Shown: positions 31,240 through 41,567, counted from the stretch's first letter. The stretch is 64,000 bases of DNA from an uncultured Acidobacteriota bacterium (GCA_963703985.1 CAVPGH010000002.1:44191-108190), one strand, 5' to 3'. The notes: generated from the letters alone by a model not told the origin. Made by a program: numbers and translations.

Positions 31240-32636
31240 CCGCCCGCGAGGAGACGCTTCGCCTCCTCGCGGGCTTCCTCGAGCGTCGTGACCGCCCCGT
31301 CGAGCTGCCGCTCGTAGACGGCGTGGAGGATGCGGCCGATCTCCGGGCCGGGGGCTAGTCCCAGCTCCAGCAGCTCGCGTCCGCGCAGGAGCGGGGCGGG
31401 CGGCTTCACCGCCACCTCCAGCTCCCGCACCTTCTCGCGGAACCACTCCATGGCCACCGGCTCGAAGCGGCCGGGGCGGCGGCCGAGGCAGTCGGCGCGG
31501 GCCACGCGATAGAGCAGATCGGGCTCGCACTTGCGGGCGAGGCGGCGGATGGCCCCGTCCGACACCCGGTCGCGCTCCTTGTAGAGCTCGCCCGGCTTCA
31601 GGTGATGGGCGACGAGGGCCAGGACCTGCGCCCGCACGTCGTAGCCGAGCCGGGTGTGGACGTTCCAGCGGTCGAGGAGGCTCGTGGTCGGGGGCAGCCC
31701 CGCCTCCTCGTGGCCGGGCGAGCGGATGTGGCCGTCCTCGGCGCGGAAGGTGGTCGCGGGCTTGCCGAGATCGTGGGCGAGCGCGCCGAGCATCACGGTC
31801 AGGGCCCTCGGCCGATCCTCCGCGAGATCCACGACAAGACCCGCGGCCTCGTCGAGCACCTGGAGGGTGTGCGTCCACACGTCGCCCTCGGGGTGCCACT
31901 CCGGGTCCTGGGCGGTGGCGGCGAGGGGGACGAGCTCCGGCGCCACCGCGGAGAGCATCCCCCACTTTCGCAGGAGGGCGAAGCCCCTCGAGGGCCAGCG
32001 CGCCTTGAGAAGCAGCTTCTCGATCTCCCCGAACACTCGCTCGGCGGGAAGCTCGCCGAGGGGCATCCGCGCGCAAAGAGCGGCCGTCTCCGGCTCCACG
32101 GTCAGATCGTAGCGGGCCGCGAACTGCACGGCGCGCAGGGCGCGCAGCGGGTCCTCGCCGAAGGTGCGCGCGTCCACCGCCCGCAGGACGCGGGCCTCGA
32201 GGTCGCGCCGGCCGCCCTGCGGGTCGAGCACCTCGCCGGTGGCGGGATCGAACAGCATCGCGTTGATCGTGAAATCGCGCCGCCGCGAGGCTTCTTCGAT
32301 CGTGAGGCCGGGATCGCCGACGGCGGCGATTCCCCGGTGTCCGGGGCCGACCTTGGAGTCGCGCCGGGGCAGGGCGACGTCCACCGCGCCCGCGACACCC
32401 GGGAGTCCGCTGACCTTGCTAACGGCGAACGCCTGGCCCACCGTGTCCACCCGACCAAAGCCGGCGACGAGGGCGCGCAAGCGCTCCTCGGAAAGCCCGT
32501 ACACCTCGACGTCGAAGTCCTTCACGGGAAGGCCGAGGAGGGTGTCCCTCACCGCTCCCCCCACGACGAAGGGCCGCCCCCCCGCCTCGCGCAGGACCGA
32601 AAGGAGGCGGACGAGTCCGGGCGGCAACTCGAGCAC
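31227..32636 (-). CDS. cca: CCA-adding tRNA nucleotidyltransferase with HD domain
   Basis: VGGAVRD..LG...KDFDVE, RRDFTINA, EDPLRALR, ERVFGE, WHPEGDVWTHT, LAHDLGKP. Confidence 0.92.
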   Translation of the reverse strand: MLELPPGLVRLLSVLREAGGRPFVVGGAVRDTLLGLPVKDFDVEVYGLSEERLRALVAGFGRVDTVGQAFAVSKVSGLPGVAGAVDVALPRRDSKVGPGHRGIAAVGDPGLTIEEASRRRDFTINAMLFDPATGEVLDPQGGRRDLEARVLRAVDARTFGEDPLRALRAVQFAARYDLTVEPETAALCARMPLGELPAERVFGEIEKLLLKARWPSRGFALLRKWGMLSAVAPELVPLAATAQDPEWHPEGDVWTHTLQVLDEAAGLVVDLAEDRPRALTVMLGALAHDLGKPATTFRAEDGHIRSPGHEEAGLPPTTSLLDRWNVHTRLGYDVRAQVLALVAHHLKPGELYKERDRVSDGAIRRLARKCEPDLLYRVARADCLGRRPGRFEPVAMEWFREKVRELEVAVKPPAPLLRGRELLELGLAPGPEIGRILHAVYERQLDGAVTTLEEAREEAKRLLAGGYRP

Positions 32637-32638
32637 GC

Positions 32639-33343
32639 TCAGGTTCGCTCCAGCGTCTGGATCATCACGTCGAGGCAGCGCTGCGAGGCTTCGTCCAGGA
32701 GGAGAACGAGGGGCCCCGTCTCGAAACGGAAGGCCGCCCGGAGCGCGGCCTGGAGGCGGGCGGCGTCGCCTCCGACCAGGATGGGCGGGCGCAGGCCCCC
32801 GCGCACCATCAGGTGCGAGGCGGCCAGGCGCGAGATCCGCCCGTTGCCGTCCTCGAAGGGCAGGATCTCCACGATGCGGGCGAGGGCGAGCGCGGCCTGG
32901 GCGAGCGGCTTCAGCGTTTGCCCGCCCTCGCTCCCTAGCCAGTCCTCCAGGATGGCGAGGCGCGCCTCGATGAACGCGGGCGGCGCGGGGGCCAGACCCT
33001 CCCGGCTGCGCTCGCTCCGGCGCAACCCCGGGGACGCCGTCGACAGGGCGGCGTTCCAGGCCGAGAGCGCAGCGATGCCGAAAGGCGCCTGCGGGCCGAC
33101 GGCCTGACGGGCGCGGCGAAGAGCGACGACGGAGTCGGGCGCGGGCTCTCCGCGCCGAGCGGCCCCGGTCTCGTCCCACGAGACCGGAAACCCGGCCAGC
33201 TCCAGGCTGCCCATGAGCTGGGCGTCCTCGACCGCCTCCGCCAGGCGCGGGTCGTGCGGGTCTCGACCCTGAAGGAGCGATTGCAGCCGGCGCTCCTTGA
33301 GGGCGACGCTCGTCGCCACGCGCAGCCCGCCCGCCTCGCTCAT
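32639..33343 (-). CDS. Fic-domain protein lacking the catalytic histidine
   Basis: EILPFEDGNGRISR versus canonical HPFxDGNGRxxR. Confidence 0.8.
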   Translation of the reverse strand: MSEAGGLRVATSVALKERRLQSLLQGRDPHDPRLAEAVEDAQLMGSLELAGFPVSWDETGAARRGEPAPDSVVALRRARQAVGPQAPFGIAALSAWNAALSTASPGLRRSERSREGLAPAPPAFIEARLAILEDWLGSEGGQTLKPLAQAALALARIVEILPFEDGNGRISRLAASHLMVRGGLRPPILVGGDAARLQAALRAAFRFETGPLVLLLDEASQRCLDVMIQTLERT

Positions 33344-33425
33344 CTCGCGATTGTATAGGCGGGGGGGCGGAGACGGTCTAGAATGGCAGGTGGGGGGCCT
33401 TCCCGCGGTGGAGGCCAAGACGCAA

Positions 33426-33851
33426 ATGCCGAGAGCCATCGTCGTCCTGCTGCTCATCACCTTCGTACCCGCCATCCGGGCGGAGGACGCGAAGAAAGGC
33501 AAGAAGCCCGGCCTCGACATACGCGCCACGCCGCGCATGGCCTTCTCCCCCGCCGACGTCTTCTTCACGGCGGAGCTCAAGGGCGGGGACGACGACACCG
33601 AGGACCTCTACTGCCCGGAGGTCATGTGGGAATGGGGCGACGGCGGCAAGAGCGTCGAAGAGAGCGACTGCGACCCCTACACCGAAGGCGCAAAGATCGA
33701 GCGGCGCTACACCGCCCACCACACCTACTTCCGGGCCGCCGTCTACTCGATCAAGGTCACGCTGAAGAAGAACGGACGATCGGTGGCCGCCCAGACCGTG
33801 CAGGTCACGGTGCGACCGGGCCTGGGCGACCGCACCATGGAGCCGAACTAG
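33426..33851 (+). CDS. Secreted PKD/Ig-like small protein
   Basis: Signal peptide; WEWGDGG and HTY...Y.IKVT PKD-like pattern; two Cys. Confidence 0.7.
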   Translation: MPRAIVVLLLITFVPAIRAEDAKKGKKPGLDIRATPRMAFSPADVFFTAELKGGDDDTEDLYCPEVMWEWGDGGKSVEESDCDPYTEGAKIERRYTAHHTYFRAAVYSIKVTLKKNGRSVAAQTVQVTVRPGLGDRTMEPN

Positions 33852-33862
33852 CTACCTACCCC

Positions 33863-34381
33863 CTAGCGCACTCCCGCGGCGCGGGGAAACCCTCTGCCGC
33901 TAGAAGCCACGATAGGTATCCCCACGAACGGGATGTGCCCAATGAGCTGGACCCACCATCGGGTGCCGATCGTGGGCGAACGGTGCACGAGGAGTGGAAT
34001 GACGGCCAGCGACATCACCATCCAGATGAAGGGTCCGTACAGAGATGCGACCTTGGCCACTCCATACCGAGAGGCGAGGAGGCCACGGACCCTCGGCGAA
34101 CGCAGGACGAGAAACAGAAACACGGCGGACCATCCGAAGGCGACACCAAAGTGCATGAGAACGCCGAGTACCACCACTGGGGTCCCGCCGTTGAACGCCT
34201 CGCTGCCCAACAGCACTCCGGCCACTCCCTGGAAAAGCCGGGAGACCGTTGACCGATAGGCCACGACGTTCAAAACGCTGGAGAAGAGCCCGTCGACGAC
34301 GCCGGTCAGCAGGCCGGCGCGTACCAGGCGGGACAAGAGGTCGCGGTTAGAAGCCGAATGCGCTAGGTCGGTAGCGGCCAT
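33863..34381 (-). CDS. Four-TM membrane hypothetical protein
   Basis: RLFQGVA..LLG, GVLMHFGVA, YGPFIW.VM, GHIPFVG; codon usage less GC3-biased than neighbours. Confidence 0.75.
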   Translation of the reverse strand: MAATDLAHSASNRDLLSRLVRAGLLTGVVDGLFSSVLNVVAYRSTVSRLFQGVAGVLLGSEAFNGGTPVVVLGVLMHFGVAFGWSAVFLFLVLRSPRVRGLLASRYGVAKVASLYGPFIWMVMSLAVIPLLVHRSPTIGTRWWVQLIGHIPFVGIPIVASSGRGFPRAAGVR

Positions 34382-34417
34382 GGCGCACTCTAGCTCGAGC
34401 GGCTTGTCGGCGCCTTG

Positions 34418-34810
34418 TCATGCAACAAGCTCGATCCTGTTCCCCTCGGGGTCCTCCACGACAGCCTCGTAATAGCCGTCGCCCGTGGTGCGAGGTTCGC
34501 CCACCACCCTGACGCCGGCGGCCCTGAGCCGCTCAACGGTCTCATCGACCCCTCCCCGGCTACCCACCGACAGGGCGATGTGAGCGTAGCCCAGCCCGGG
34601 CTCGCCCGACGGAGGCGCGCTGCGCGAGCCCTGGGACATCAGTTCGAGCCGGGCGCCCTCGGCGAAAGAGATGAAGTACGAGCGGAAACCCGTCCGCTCG
34701 TTCTCGTACAGCGACCCGCTCTGGCCGCCGAGCTGGGATTCGTAGAACTCTCGCATCCGCTCGAGGTCACCGACCCACACGGCGACGTGATGCATCCGTA
34801 GCGTGCTCAT
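34418..34810 (-). CDS. VOC/glyoxalase family protein
   Basis: HHVAVWV.DLE, RLELM, GYAHIAL, GDGYYE...DPEGNRIEL. Confidence 0.92.
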   Translation of the reverse strand: MSTLRMHHVAVWVGDLERMREFYESQLGGQSGSLYENERTGFRSYFISFAEGARLELMSQGSRSAPPSGEPGLGYAHIALSVGSRGGVDETVERLRAAGVRVVGEPRTTGDGYYEAVVEDPEGNRIELVA

Positions 34811-34876
34811 GCTGCCGCTGAGACCGCCATGCTGGTCAGCGCCTCCCCGCCTACTCTAAATCAGCACAACACACGC

Positions 34877-34918
34877 GTTACCTTTCGTACTCGTTCCAGA
34901 ACGAGTACGAAAGGTAAC
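34877..34918. repeat. Perfect 20-bp inverted repeat with 2-nt spacer
   Basis: GTTACCTTTCGTACTCGTTC-CA-GAACGAGTACGAAAGGTAAC. Confidence 0.95.
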
Positions 34919-34954
34919 AACGCTCGGGTGAGGGCCCGCCCGGTTGCGGGGAGC

Positions 34955-36447
34955 CTAGCCGCCGCTCGACATGCTCTCCAGGAATTCCTTGTTGTGCTTC
35001 GTCTTCGAGAGCCGCTCGAGCAGCAGCTCCATCGCCTCTACCGCGGAGAGCGAGGAGAGGACCTTGCGGAGGATCCAGACGCGGTTCAGCTCTTCCTTGG
35101 GGACGAGCAGCTCCTCCTTGCGGGTGCCGCTGCGGAGGATGTCGATGGAGGGGAAGATCCGCTTGTCGGTGAGCTTGCGGTCGAGCACGATCTCCGCGTT
35201 CCCCGTCCCCTTGAACTCCTCGAAGATCACGTCGTCCATGCGCGAGCCCGTCTCCACGAGGGCGGAGGCGATGATGGTCAGGCTCCCCCCCTCTTCCACG
35301 TTGCGGGCGGCGCCGAAGAAGCGCTTGGGGCGCTGGAGGGCGTTGCTGTCGACGCCGCCGGAGAGCACCTTCCCCGAGGGGGGGACGATCGTGTTGTAGG
35401 CGCGGGCGAGACGGGTGATGGAGTCGAGCAGGATCACCACGTCCTTCCGGTGCTCGACGAGGCGCTTGGCCTTCTCCAGCACCATCTCCGCCACCTGCAC
35501 GTGCCGGTCCGCGGGCTCGTCGAAGGTCGAGGAGATGACCTCGCCGTGCACGGAGCGCTGCATGTCCGTGACCTCTTCGGGCCGCTCGTCGATGAGGAGG
35601 ACGATGAGGACGATCTCCGGGTGGTTGGCGGTGATGGCGTTGGCGATGGCCTGGAGGAGCATCGTCTTGCCGGTTCGGGGGGCGGCCACGATGAGGGCGC
35701 GCTGCCCCTTCCCCAGGGGGGACATGAGGTCGAGCACGCGCGTGGAGAGGTGTTCCGCGGTCGTCTCCAGCCTGATCCGCCCCTGCGGGTAGAGCGGGGT
35801 CAGGTTGTCGAAGAACACCTTGTCCTTCGCGCGATCGGGGGGCTCGAAGTTGACCGCGTCCACCTTGATGAGCGCGAAGTAGCGCTCGTCTTCCTTGGGG
35901 GGCCGGATCTGGCCGCTGATGGTGTCCCCGGTGCGGAGATCGAACTTGCGGATCTGGGAGGGCGACACGTAGATGTCGTCCGGCCCCGGCAGGTAGCAGT
36001 ACTCGGGGGCGCGCAGGAAGCCGAAGCCGTCGGGCAGGATCTCCAGCACCCCCTCCGAGAAGATCAGCCCCTCCTTCTCGGCCTGGGCGCGCAGGATCTG
36101 GAAGACCAGCTCCTGCTTCTTCATGCTCGCCGCCCCCGGGATCTCCAGGGACTTGGCCACCTGGGCGAGCTTGGAGATGCTCATCTCCTTCAGCTCGGCG
36201 AGGTCCAGGCGGTCCTTCTCGCCTTCACCCTCCGCCACGGCGGGCGGGGGCGGCACCGCGGGCTCCTCCTCGGCCGTGGCTACCGCGGTCTCGGCGGCGT
36301 CCGTCTCCGCCGGGGCCTCTTCGTTCTCCAGGAGAGGGTCCGCCTGGGGCTCCCGGCCCCGGCCTCGAGGCGGCTCCCCCGGCCCCCTCGGGGCCGACGC
36401 GGTCCTCCGCCCTTCGGTGGGGTGGAAGTCGGGTCTTCGTTGGCCAT
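34955..36447 (-). CDS. rho: Transcription termination factor Rho (N-terminal extension contains a frameshift)
   Basis: [49 protein letters not shown]; probable ATG at 36447. Confidence 0.97.
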
Positions 36448-36525
36448 GAGGTCTCTCGAGGGCGAGTGGGAAAAACGGGGAGGAGCAGTCGCCGGGCGCC
36501 CGGCTCGACTGGACCGGATGGCCTA

Positions 36526-36555
36526 ACGATAGAGGAAGGCGCGAGCGGCTGTCAA
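36526..36555 (-). promoter_or_regulatory. Putative sigma70 promoter of rho
   Basis: TTGACA (36555-36550), 18-nt spacer, TATCGT (36531-36526). Confidence 0.55.
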
Positions 36556-36577
36556 CGGGGTATCCGCCCAGGCCGAC

Positions 36578-37943
36578 TCAGGCCTCCATCGTCTTCACGT
36601 CCCCGGGGACAGCGAGGGCGGCGCCCGTGGCCTTTTTCACCGCCTCCACGGTCGTGTCGGGGGCGATCTCGCGCAGGACGAGCCCCTCGCCCCCCACCTC
36701 GATGACCGCCATCTCCGTCACGATCAGGTTCACGCACCGCCGCCCGGTCAGGGGCAGCGTGCAGTGCTCGAGGATCTTGGGCGAGCCGTCCCGGGCCGTG
36801 TGCTCCATGGTCACGACCACGCGCTTCGCCCCGGAGACGAGGTCCATGGCCCCGCCCATCCCCTTCACCATCTTGCCCGGGATCATCCAGTTGGCGAGGC
36901 TGCCCTCGCGGTCCACCTGGAGCGCACCCAGGATGGTGAGGTCGACGTGGCCGCCCCGCACCATCGCGAAGGAGTCGGCGCTGGAGAAGTAGGACGTGCC
37001 CGGCAGCTCCGTCACCGTCTCCTTCCCCGCGTTGATGAGGTCCGCGTCTTCCTGCCCCGGCTCGGGATAGGGACCCACGCCGAGCATGCCGTTCTCGGAG
37101 TGGAGAACGATGGAGACGCCCGCGGGGACGTAGTTGGCGGCGAGGGTGGGCATGCCGATGCCGAGGTTGACGTAGAACCCGTCCTTCATCTCGCGGGCGG
37201 CACGCCGCACGATGCGCGCGCGCTTGGGATCGCTCTCCTCCGCCCTCCTGCCCGCGCAGCGGTGCGCCTCTCGATCCGCTTCTCGTAGGCCGTCCCCTGG
37301 AAGATCCGCTGCACGAAGATGCCGGGGGTGTGGACGGCAGTCGGGATCGATGGCACCCGCGGGCACCAGCTCCTCGACCTCCGCGATCGTGGTGCGCGCG
37401 GCCATCGCCATCACGGGGGCGAAGTTGCGGGTGGTGCGGCGGTAGACCAGGTTGCCCAGGGGATCGCCCTTCCAGGCCTTCACGAAGCGCGTAGTCGGCC
37501 CGGAGCGCGGGCTCCAGCACGTGGGGGCGGCCGTCGAACCAGCGCACTTCCTTGCCTTCGGCCACGATCGTGCCGTAGCTCGTGGGGGTGAAGAAGGCGG
37601 GAACGCCCGCCCCCGCCGCGCGCATCCGCTCCGCGAACGTCCCCTGGGGCACGAGCTCCAGCTCGAGCTGCCCGGAGAGCGCCATCCTCTCCAGGACCTT
37701 GTTCTCGCCCACGTAGGTCCCGACCATCTTCTTTACTTGTCCGTTCTGGAGCAGGAACGTGATCCCGAAGTCGTTCGTGCCCGCGTTGTTGCTGATCATG
37801 GTCAGGTTCTTCGCCCCCTGGTCGCGCAGCGCGCGGATCAGGTTCTCGGGCAGGCCGCAGAGGCCGAACCCCGAGACCATGACGGAGGCGCCGTCCCGGA
37901 TGTCGCGGACGGCTTCCCGGGCGTCCTTCACCACCTTGTTCAT
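36578..37943 (-). CDS. 3-oxoacid CoA-transferase, A and B halves apparently fused (frameshifts)
   Basis: [28 protein letters not shown]; [39 protein letters not shown]. Confidence 0.9.
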
Positions 37944-37972
37944 CGCGAGAGCTCCTGCACGGCCGGATGATA

Positions 37973-39229
37973 TCAGCCCGCCACCACGGTCCGACGCCGG
38001 CGCGCCGGGCGCGCGGGGAGGACTGCGTTCGCGGTGAGCAGCCCCATGGCCAGCGACACCGCCACCACGATCATCCGGAACGCGGCCTCTACGCCGGGTA
38101 TCGTCTGCTGGCCCAGCAGCGCGGACAGGCTCTGGAACCCGAGGCTGCCGGGAACGAGGAGGAGCAGCCCCGGCACCACCGTCACCGCGGTGGGCCGTGA
38201 GGCGATGCGGTTGTAGGCGTTGCCGAAAGCGGCCACCACCGTCGCCCCCAGGAAGGCCGCGAACTGGGGACCGAGCAGGTAACTGCCCGCGTGCAGCCCG
38301 AAGAAGGCGGCGACCGCCCCCGCCACGACCCAGGGCACGTCGCGCTCGTCCGCACGGAAGAGGATGGCGAAGGCCACCGGCGCCACCACGAGCGCGATCC
38401 AGAGAGTCCACCCCGGCATGGGCGTGGGGGTCACGGCGGGCACGGGACCGAAGAGCCGCTCCGCCGTGCGGGCGCCCACCGCGGCGCCGAAGCCGATGGC
38501 GAGGAAGGTGAGGGCGGCTCCGGCCAGGCGCGCGGTGCCCGCGACGAGGTTGCGCGTGGCGAGCTCGATGAAGGCGAGGGTCAGCGTGAAGCCGGGGACG
38601 AGGATGATGAGGCCGCCGAGCGTCGTCAGGTAGGGCGAGAGCGGCGGGAAGAGCCGGGCCGCGGCCATCGACAGGAATCCCGCGAGCGCAGCCGCGGTCG
38701 TCTCGTAGACGCCGGTGCCCGCGTGCGCCCGCCACCGGACGAGCGGGGGCAGTCCGATCAGGAGACCGATGATCGTGGTGGCCAGGACCTCAGGCACTCC
38801 CCCGCCGAAGAAGCAGCAAGCGGCCGCGGAGGCCAGCGCGCAGGCGATGGTCGTGGTCGCGGGCCCGTAGGGCGCGGGCGCGGCCATGATCGCGTCGATG
38901 CGGGCCGACCCCTCGGCGGGGCTCAGCACCCCCCGGGCCACCTGGCTCCGCACCTCGTCGAGCCGCGCGAGCCGGCCCAGGTCGACCTGACCGGGGTCCA
39001 CCCGGACCTGGAAGGTCTGGTGCGCCTGGCCCTCGCCGAAGGAGGCGAAGAGCGCGGTGGGCATCGAAAAGAACTGGCCCGGCAGCGCGAGGCGCCGGCA
39101 CACCTCCGCGAGCGCATCCTCCAGCCGATGGGCCGAATAGCCGTACGCGTGGAGTCCCCGGCCCAGCTTCAGCACGAAATCGCGGGCTTCCTCCGCGCGA
39201 CTGGGTCCGGGGGCCCTCGTGTCGCTCAT
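37973..39229 (-). CDS. Threonine/serine exporter ThrE family
   Basis: LHAYG..AHRLE, VDLGRL..L, IILVPG, LLLVPGS; about 10 TM. Confidence 0.85.
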   Translation of the reverse strand: MSDTRAPGPSRAEEARDFVLKLGRGLHAYGYSAHRLEDALAEVCRRLALPGQFFSMPTALFASFGEGQAHQTFQVRVDPGQVDLGRLARLDEVRSQVARGVLSPAEGSARIDAIMAAPAPYGPATTTIACALASAAACCFFGGGVPEVLATTIIGLLIGLPPLVRWRAHAGTGVYETTAAALAGFLSMAAARLFPPLSPYLTTLGGLIILVPGFTLTLAFIELATRNLVAGTARLAGAALTFLAIGFGAAVGARTAERLFGPVPAVTPTPMPGWTLWIALVVAPVAFAILFRADERDVPWVVAGAVAAFFGLHAGSYLLGPQFAAFLGATVVAAFGNAYNRIASRPTAVTVVPGLLLLVPGSLGFQSLSALLGQQTIPGVEAAFRMIVVAVSLAMGLLTANAVLPARPARRRRTVVAG

Positions 39230-39975
39230 CGGAACCTCCTCAGCCGGCCCTGGAACGCGCGCAGGGCGCGCGCGACCTCCGTACGGTTCTCGGCGAGGAT
39301 CTGCCGCCAGAGCGAGAGCGGGCTCCGGGCGAGACGGGTCATGTCGCGGAAGCCCGGACCGGCAAGCTCCAGCCGTCGCGCGGTCACCGCATCGCCCCGG
39401 GCCGCGGCCATGAGCGCCCAGGCCACGAGCTGGGGCACGTGGCTCAGGTAGGCGAGCGCGCGATCGTGCACGGCCGCGCTCGTCCGCACGGGCCGCGCCC
39501 CCGCCGCCTCCACCAGCGCGCGCACGACCCGAAAGGCACGGGCATCTCCGCCCGGCACGAGTGTCCAGGCGTGACCCCGGAAGAGGTCGGCCCGGGACGC
39601 GGCGAACCCCTTCCGCTCCGATCCCGCGATGGGATGGCCGCCCACGAAACGACGGAGGCCGAGCCGCCTCGCCTCGCGAACGATCGGGCCCTTCACGCTC
39701 CCCACGTCGGTGACCACGAGGCGCTCGAAGGGCACGAGCTGCCGGAGCAAGGCCCGGTTGGCGGCCGGGGGCGCGGCCAGCACCATCACGTCGCACGCGG
39801 CTGCCGCCTTCCGCACGTCGGAGAAGGTCGCGGCCACCGCCCCCGCCGCCTTCGCGCGACGGCAGACGCGGGCGCGGTCCACGCCGACCACCCGGTATCC
39901 GGCTCCGCGGAGAGCGCGGGCCAGCGACCCTCCGACGAGTCCCAGGCCCACCACCGCCACCACCGGCCGACGCAT
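39226..39975 (-). CDS. tyrA: Prephenate/arogenate dehydrogenase
   Basis: GLGLVGGS, TDVGSVK, GGHPIAGSE, HD...AYLSHVP, GPGFRDMTRLA. Confidence 0.92.
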   Translation of the reverse strand: MRRPVVAVVGLGLVGGSLARALRGAGYRVVGVDRARVCRRAKAAGAVAATFSDVRKAAAACDVMVLAAPPAANRALLRQLVPFERLVVTDVGSVKGPIVREARRLGLRRFVGGHPIAGSERKGFAASRADLFRGHAWTLVPGGDARAFRVVRALVEAAGARPVRTSAAVHDRALAYLSHVPQLVAWALMAAARGDAVTARRLELAGPGFRDMTRLARSPLSLWRQILAENRTEVARALRAFQGRLRRFR

Positions 39976-41567
39976 CACTCTTCCACCAGCACCTTCTCGA
40001 GGAACTCGGGCTCGCGCCGGGAGAACGTCCGGGACGCCCCCGCCACCAGCATCGCGTAGACGGAGAGGGCACCCGCGAACGAAAGGGGCAGGGTGACCAG
40101 GGCCAGCCAGGTCTGCTGGAGGAGATGGGGGATCGCGGTCAGGAAGACGAAGGGGGCGGAGAGCGTGAGCGCGCCCAGGAGGAGCAGCGACGCGAGGACG
40201 GCGGCGCCCAGGCCGCGGCCTCCTGCCGCATGCGTCGTCCGACCGGCGGCGGCAACGGGCATCGGGAAGAGGACGGAGACGTAGTTGTCGGCCGCGCAAC
40301 AGAGCAGCAGGGTCACGACCGCCGCCGTGACCACCGCGGGCACGAGCGCGGGCGGGGCGAGGAAGAGCGAGACCACGGCGAGCAGGAGGAGGGCGGGCAG
40401 GCGCAGGAGCATCGCCCCCAGGTTCTTGGCGACCAGGATCTGCCAGCGGGGGATCGGGAAGCCGACGAGGAGCAGCAGGCCGCGACGCTCGAGCGCGAGC
40501 GCGTTCGCTCCGAAGGTCCCGACGCCCAGGAAGGAAGCCAGCATGAAGAGGACCATCGGCGTCACCGCGCGCCCCCCTTGCGAGACGACGAGGAGCAGAA
40601 GGACCGGACCGAGGAGGCCGGTGAAGAGCATCGCCTTCAGCCGCGGCTCGCGCCACATCACCCGCAGGTCCTTCTCCAGCAGCGTGCCCAGGGGTCCGGG
40701 GAAGACCATGCGCGCACCCGCGGTCCGGACGGGGCCCGCCGGGCCGAGGTCGAGCTCGCCCCGGTAGATCCGGCGGGTGAGCAGCGCCGCCGCTCCCGCC
40801 AGCAGGAGCGTGGCCCCCATGGAGGCGGAGGCGAACGTCACGAAAGGGAGGAGCTCTCCGCGGCCGGCGTGGGCCGCCGCGCGGAATCCCCAGCCGAAGG
40901 GCGAGAGGAGGAACAGGTCGCGCTCGAGGACGAAGCCCGACAGGACCCGGAGCACCCGGCCCCCCACGCTGGTGAGGATGAGCGGGAGCAGGCTGAGGGC
41001 GAAGCCCAGGCCCAGGCCCAGCAAGAGGGCCCGGTCCTGCCAGCGTCGATTCCGGGCGAGGCCAAGGAGCAGGAGGCCGGCGACGTGCGTGGCCACGAGG
41101 GTGAAGGCGAAGCCGAGAAGCACGCCCAGCAGGCTCAAAGGCAGGAGCGGGGAGGCGCCGGCGAGGGCGAGGGACAGGGCGAGGAGCGGAGGCAGCTTGG
41201 CCAGGACCAGGGGCTCCAGCAGATTCGCCAGGAGCGACGACACGACCAGCGTCGGGAGCGGCACCGGGAAGTGCAGCAGGCGCGACATGTCGTGGGTATC
41301 GCTGAACGAGACGCCCGCGAGCACCGGTGAGAGCGCCCAGAAGAGGCCCACGACCGTGGCCACCGCGGAGATCACGGGAAGCAGCCAATCAGGATGGGCC
41401 CGCGACACCGCACGCACGCCCAGGAACACGAAGAAGGACGCCACCGCCGAGCCGAGGGCCAGGGTCGGCAGCAGCAGGAGCAGGCCCACCAACCTCTCCC
41501 GCGCCCCCAGGATGGCCCGCAGGTCCAGGCGGAAGCGGAGGAGAACGAGCGCGGTCAGCCGATCCAC
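39975..41567 (-). CDS. ABC-2-type exporter permease-like membrane protein
   Basis: About 14 hydrophobic segments; RLLHFPV, EKDLR..WR, ILVAKN; directly follows the ABC ATPase. Confidence 0.8.
   Translation of the reverse strand: MDRLTALVLLRFRLDLRAILGARERLVGLLLLLPTLALGSAVASFFVFLGVRAVSRAHPDWLLPVISAVATVVGLFWALSPVLAGVSFSDTHDMSRLLHFPVPLPTLVVSSLLANLLEPLVLAKLPPLLALSLALAGASPLLPLSLLGVLLGFAFTLVATHVAGLLLLGLARNRRWQDRALLLGLGLGFALSLLPLILTSVGGRVLRVLSGFVLERDLFLLSPFGWGFRAAAHAGRGELLPFVTFASASMGATLLLAGAAALLTRRIYRGELDLGPAGPVRTAGARMVFPGPLGTLLEKDLRVMWREPRLKAMLFTGLLGPVLLLLVVSQGGRAVTPMVLFMLASFLGVGTFGANALALERRGLLLLVGFPIPRWQILVAKNLGAMLLRLPALLLLAVVSLFLAPPALVPAVVTAAVVTLLLCCAADNYVSVLFPMPVAAAGRTTHAAGGRGLGAAVLASLLLLGALTLSAPFVFLTAIPHLLQQTWLALVTLPLSFAGALSVYAMLVAGASRTFSRREPEFLEKVLVEE

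Noticed and set aside
36230-36447. Low-complexity N-terminal extension on Rho
   Set aside because: Such extensions are common in Rho proteins, and this one is short and contains an indel
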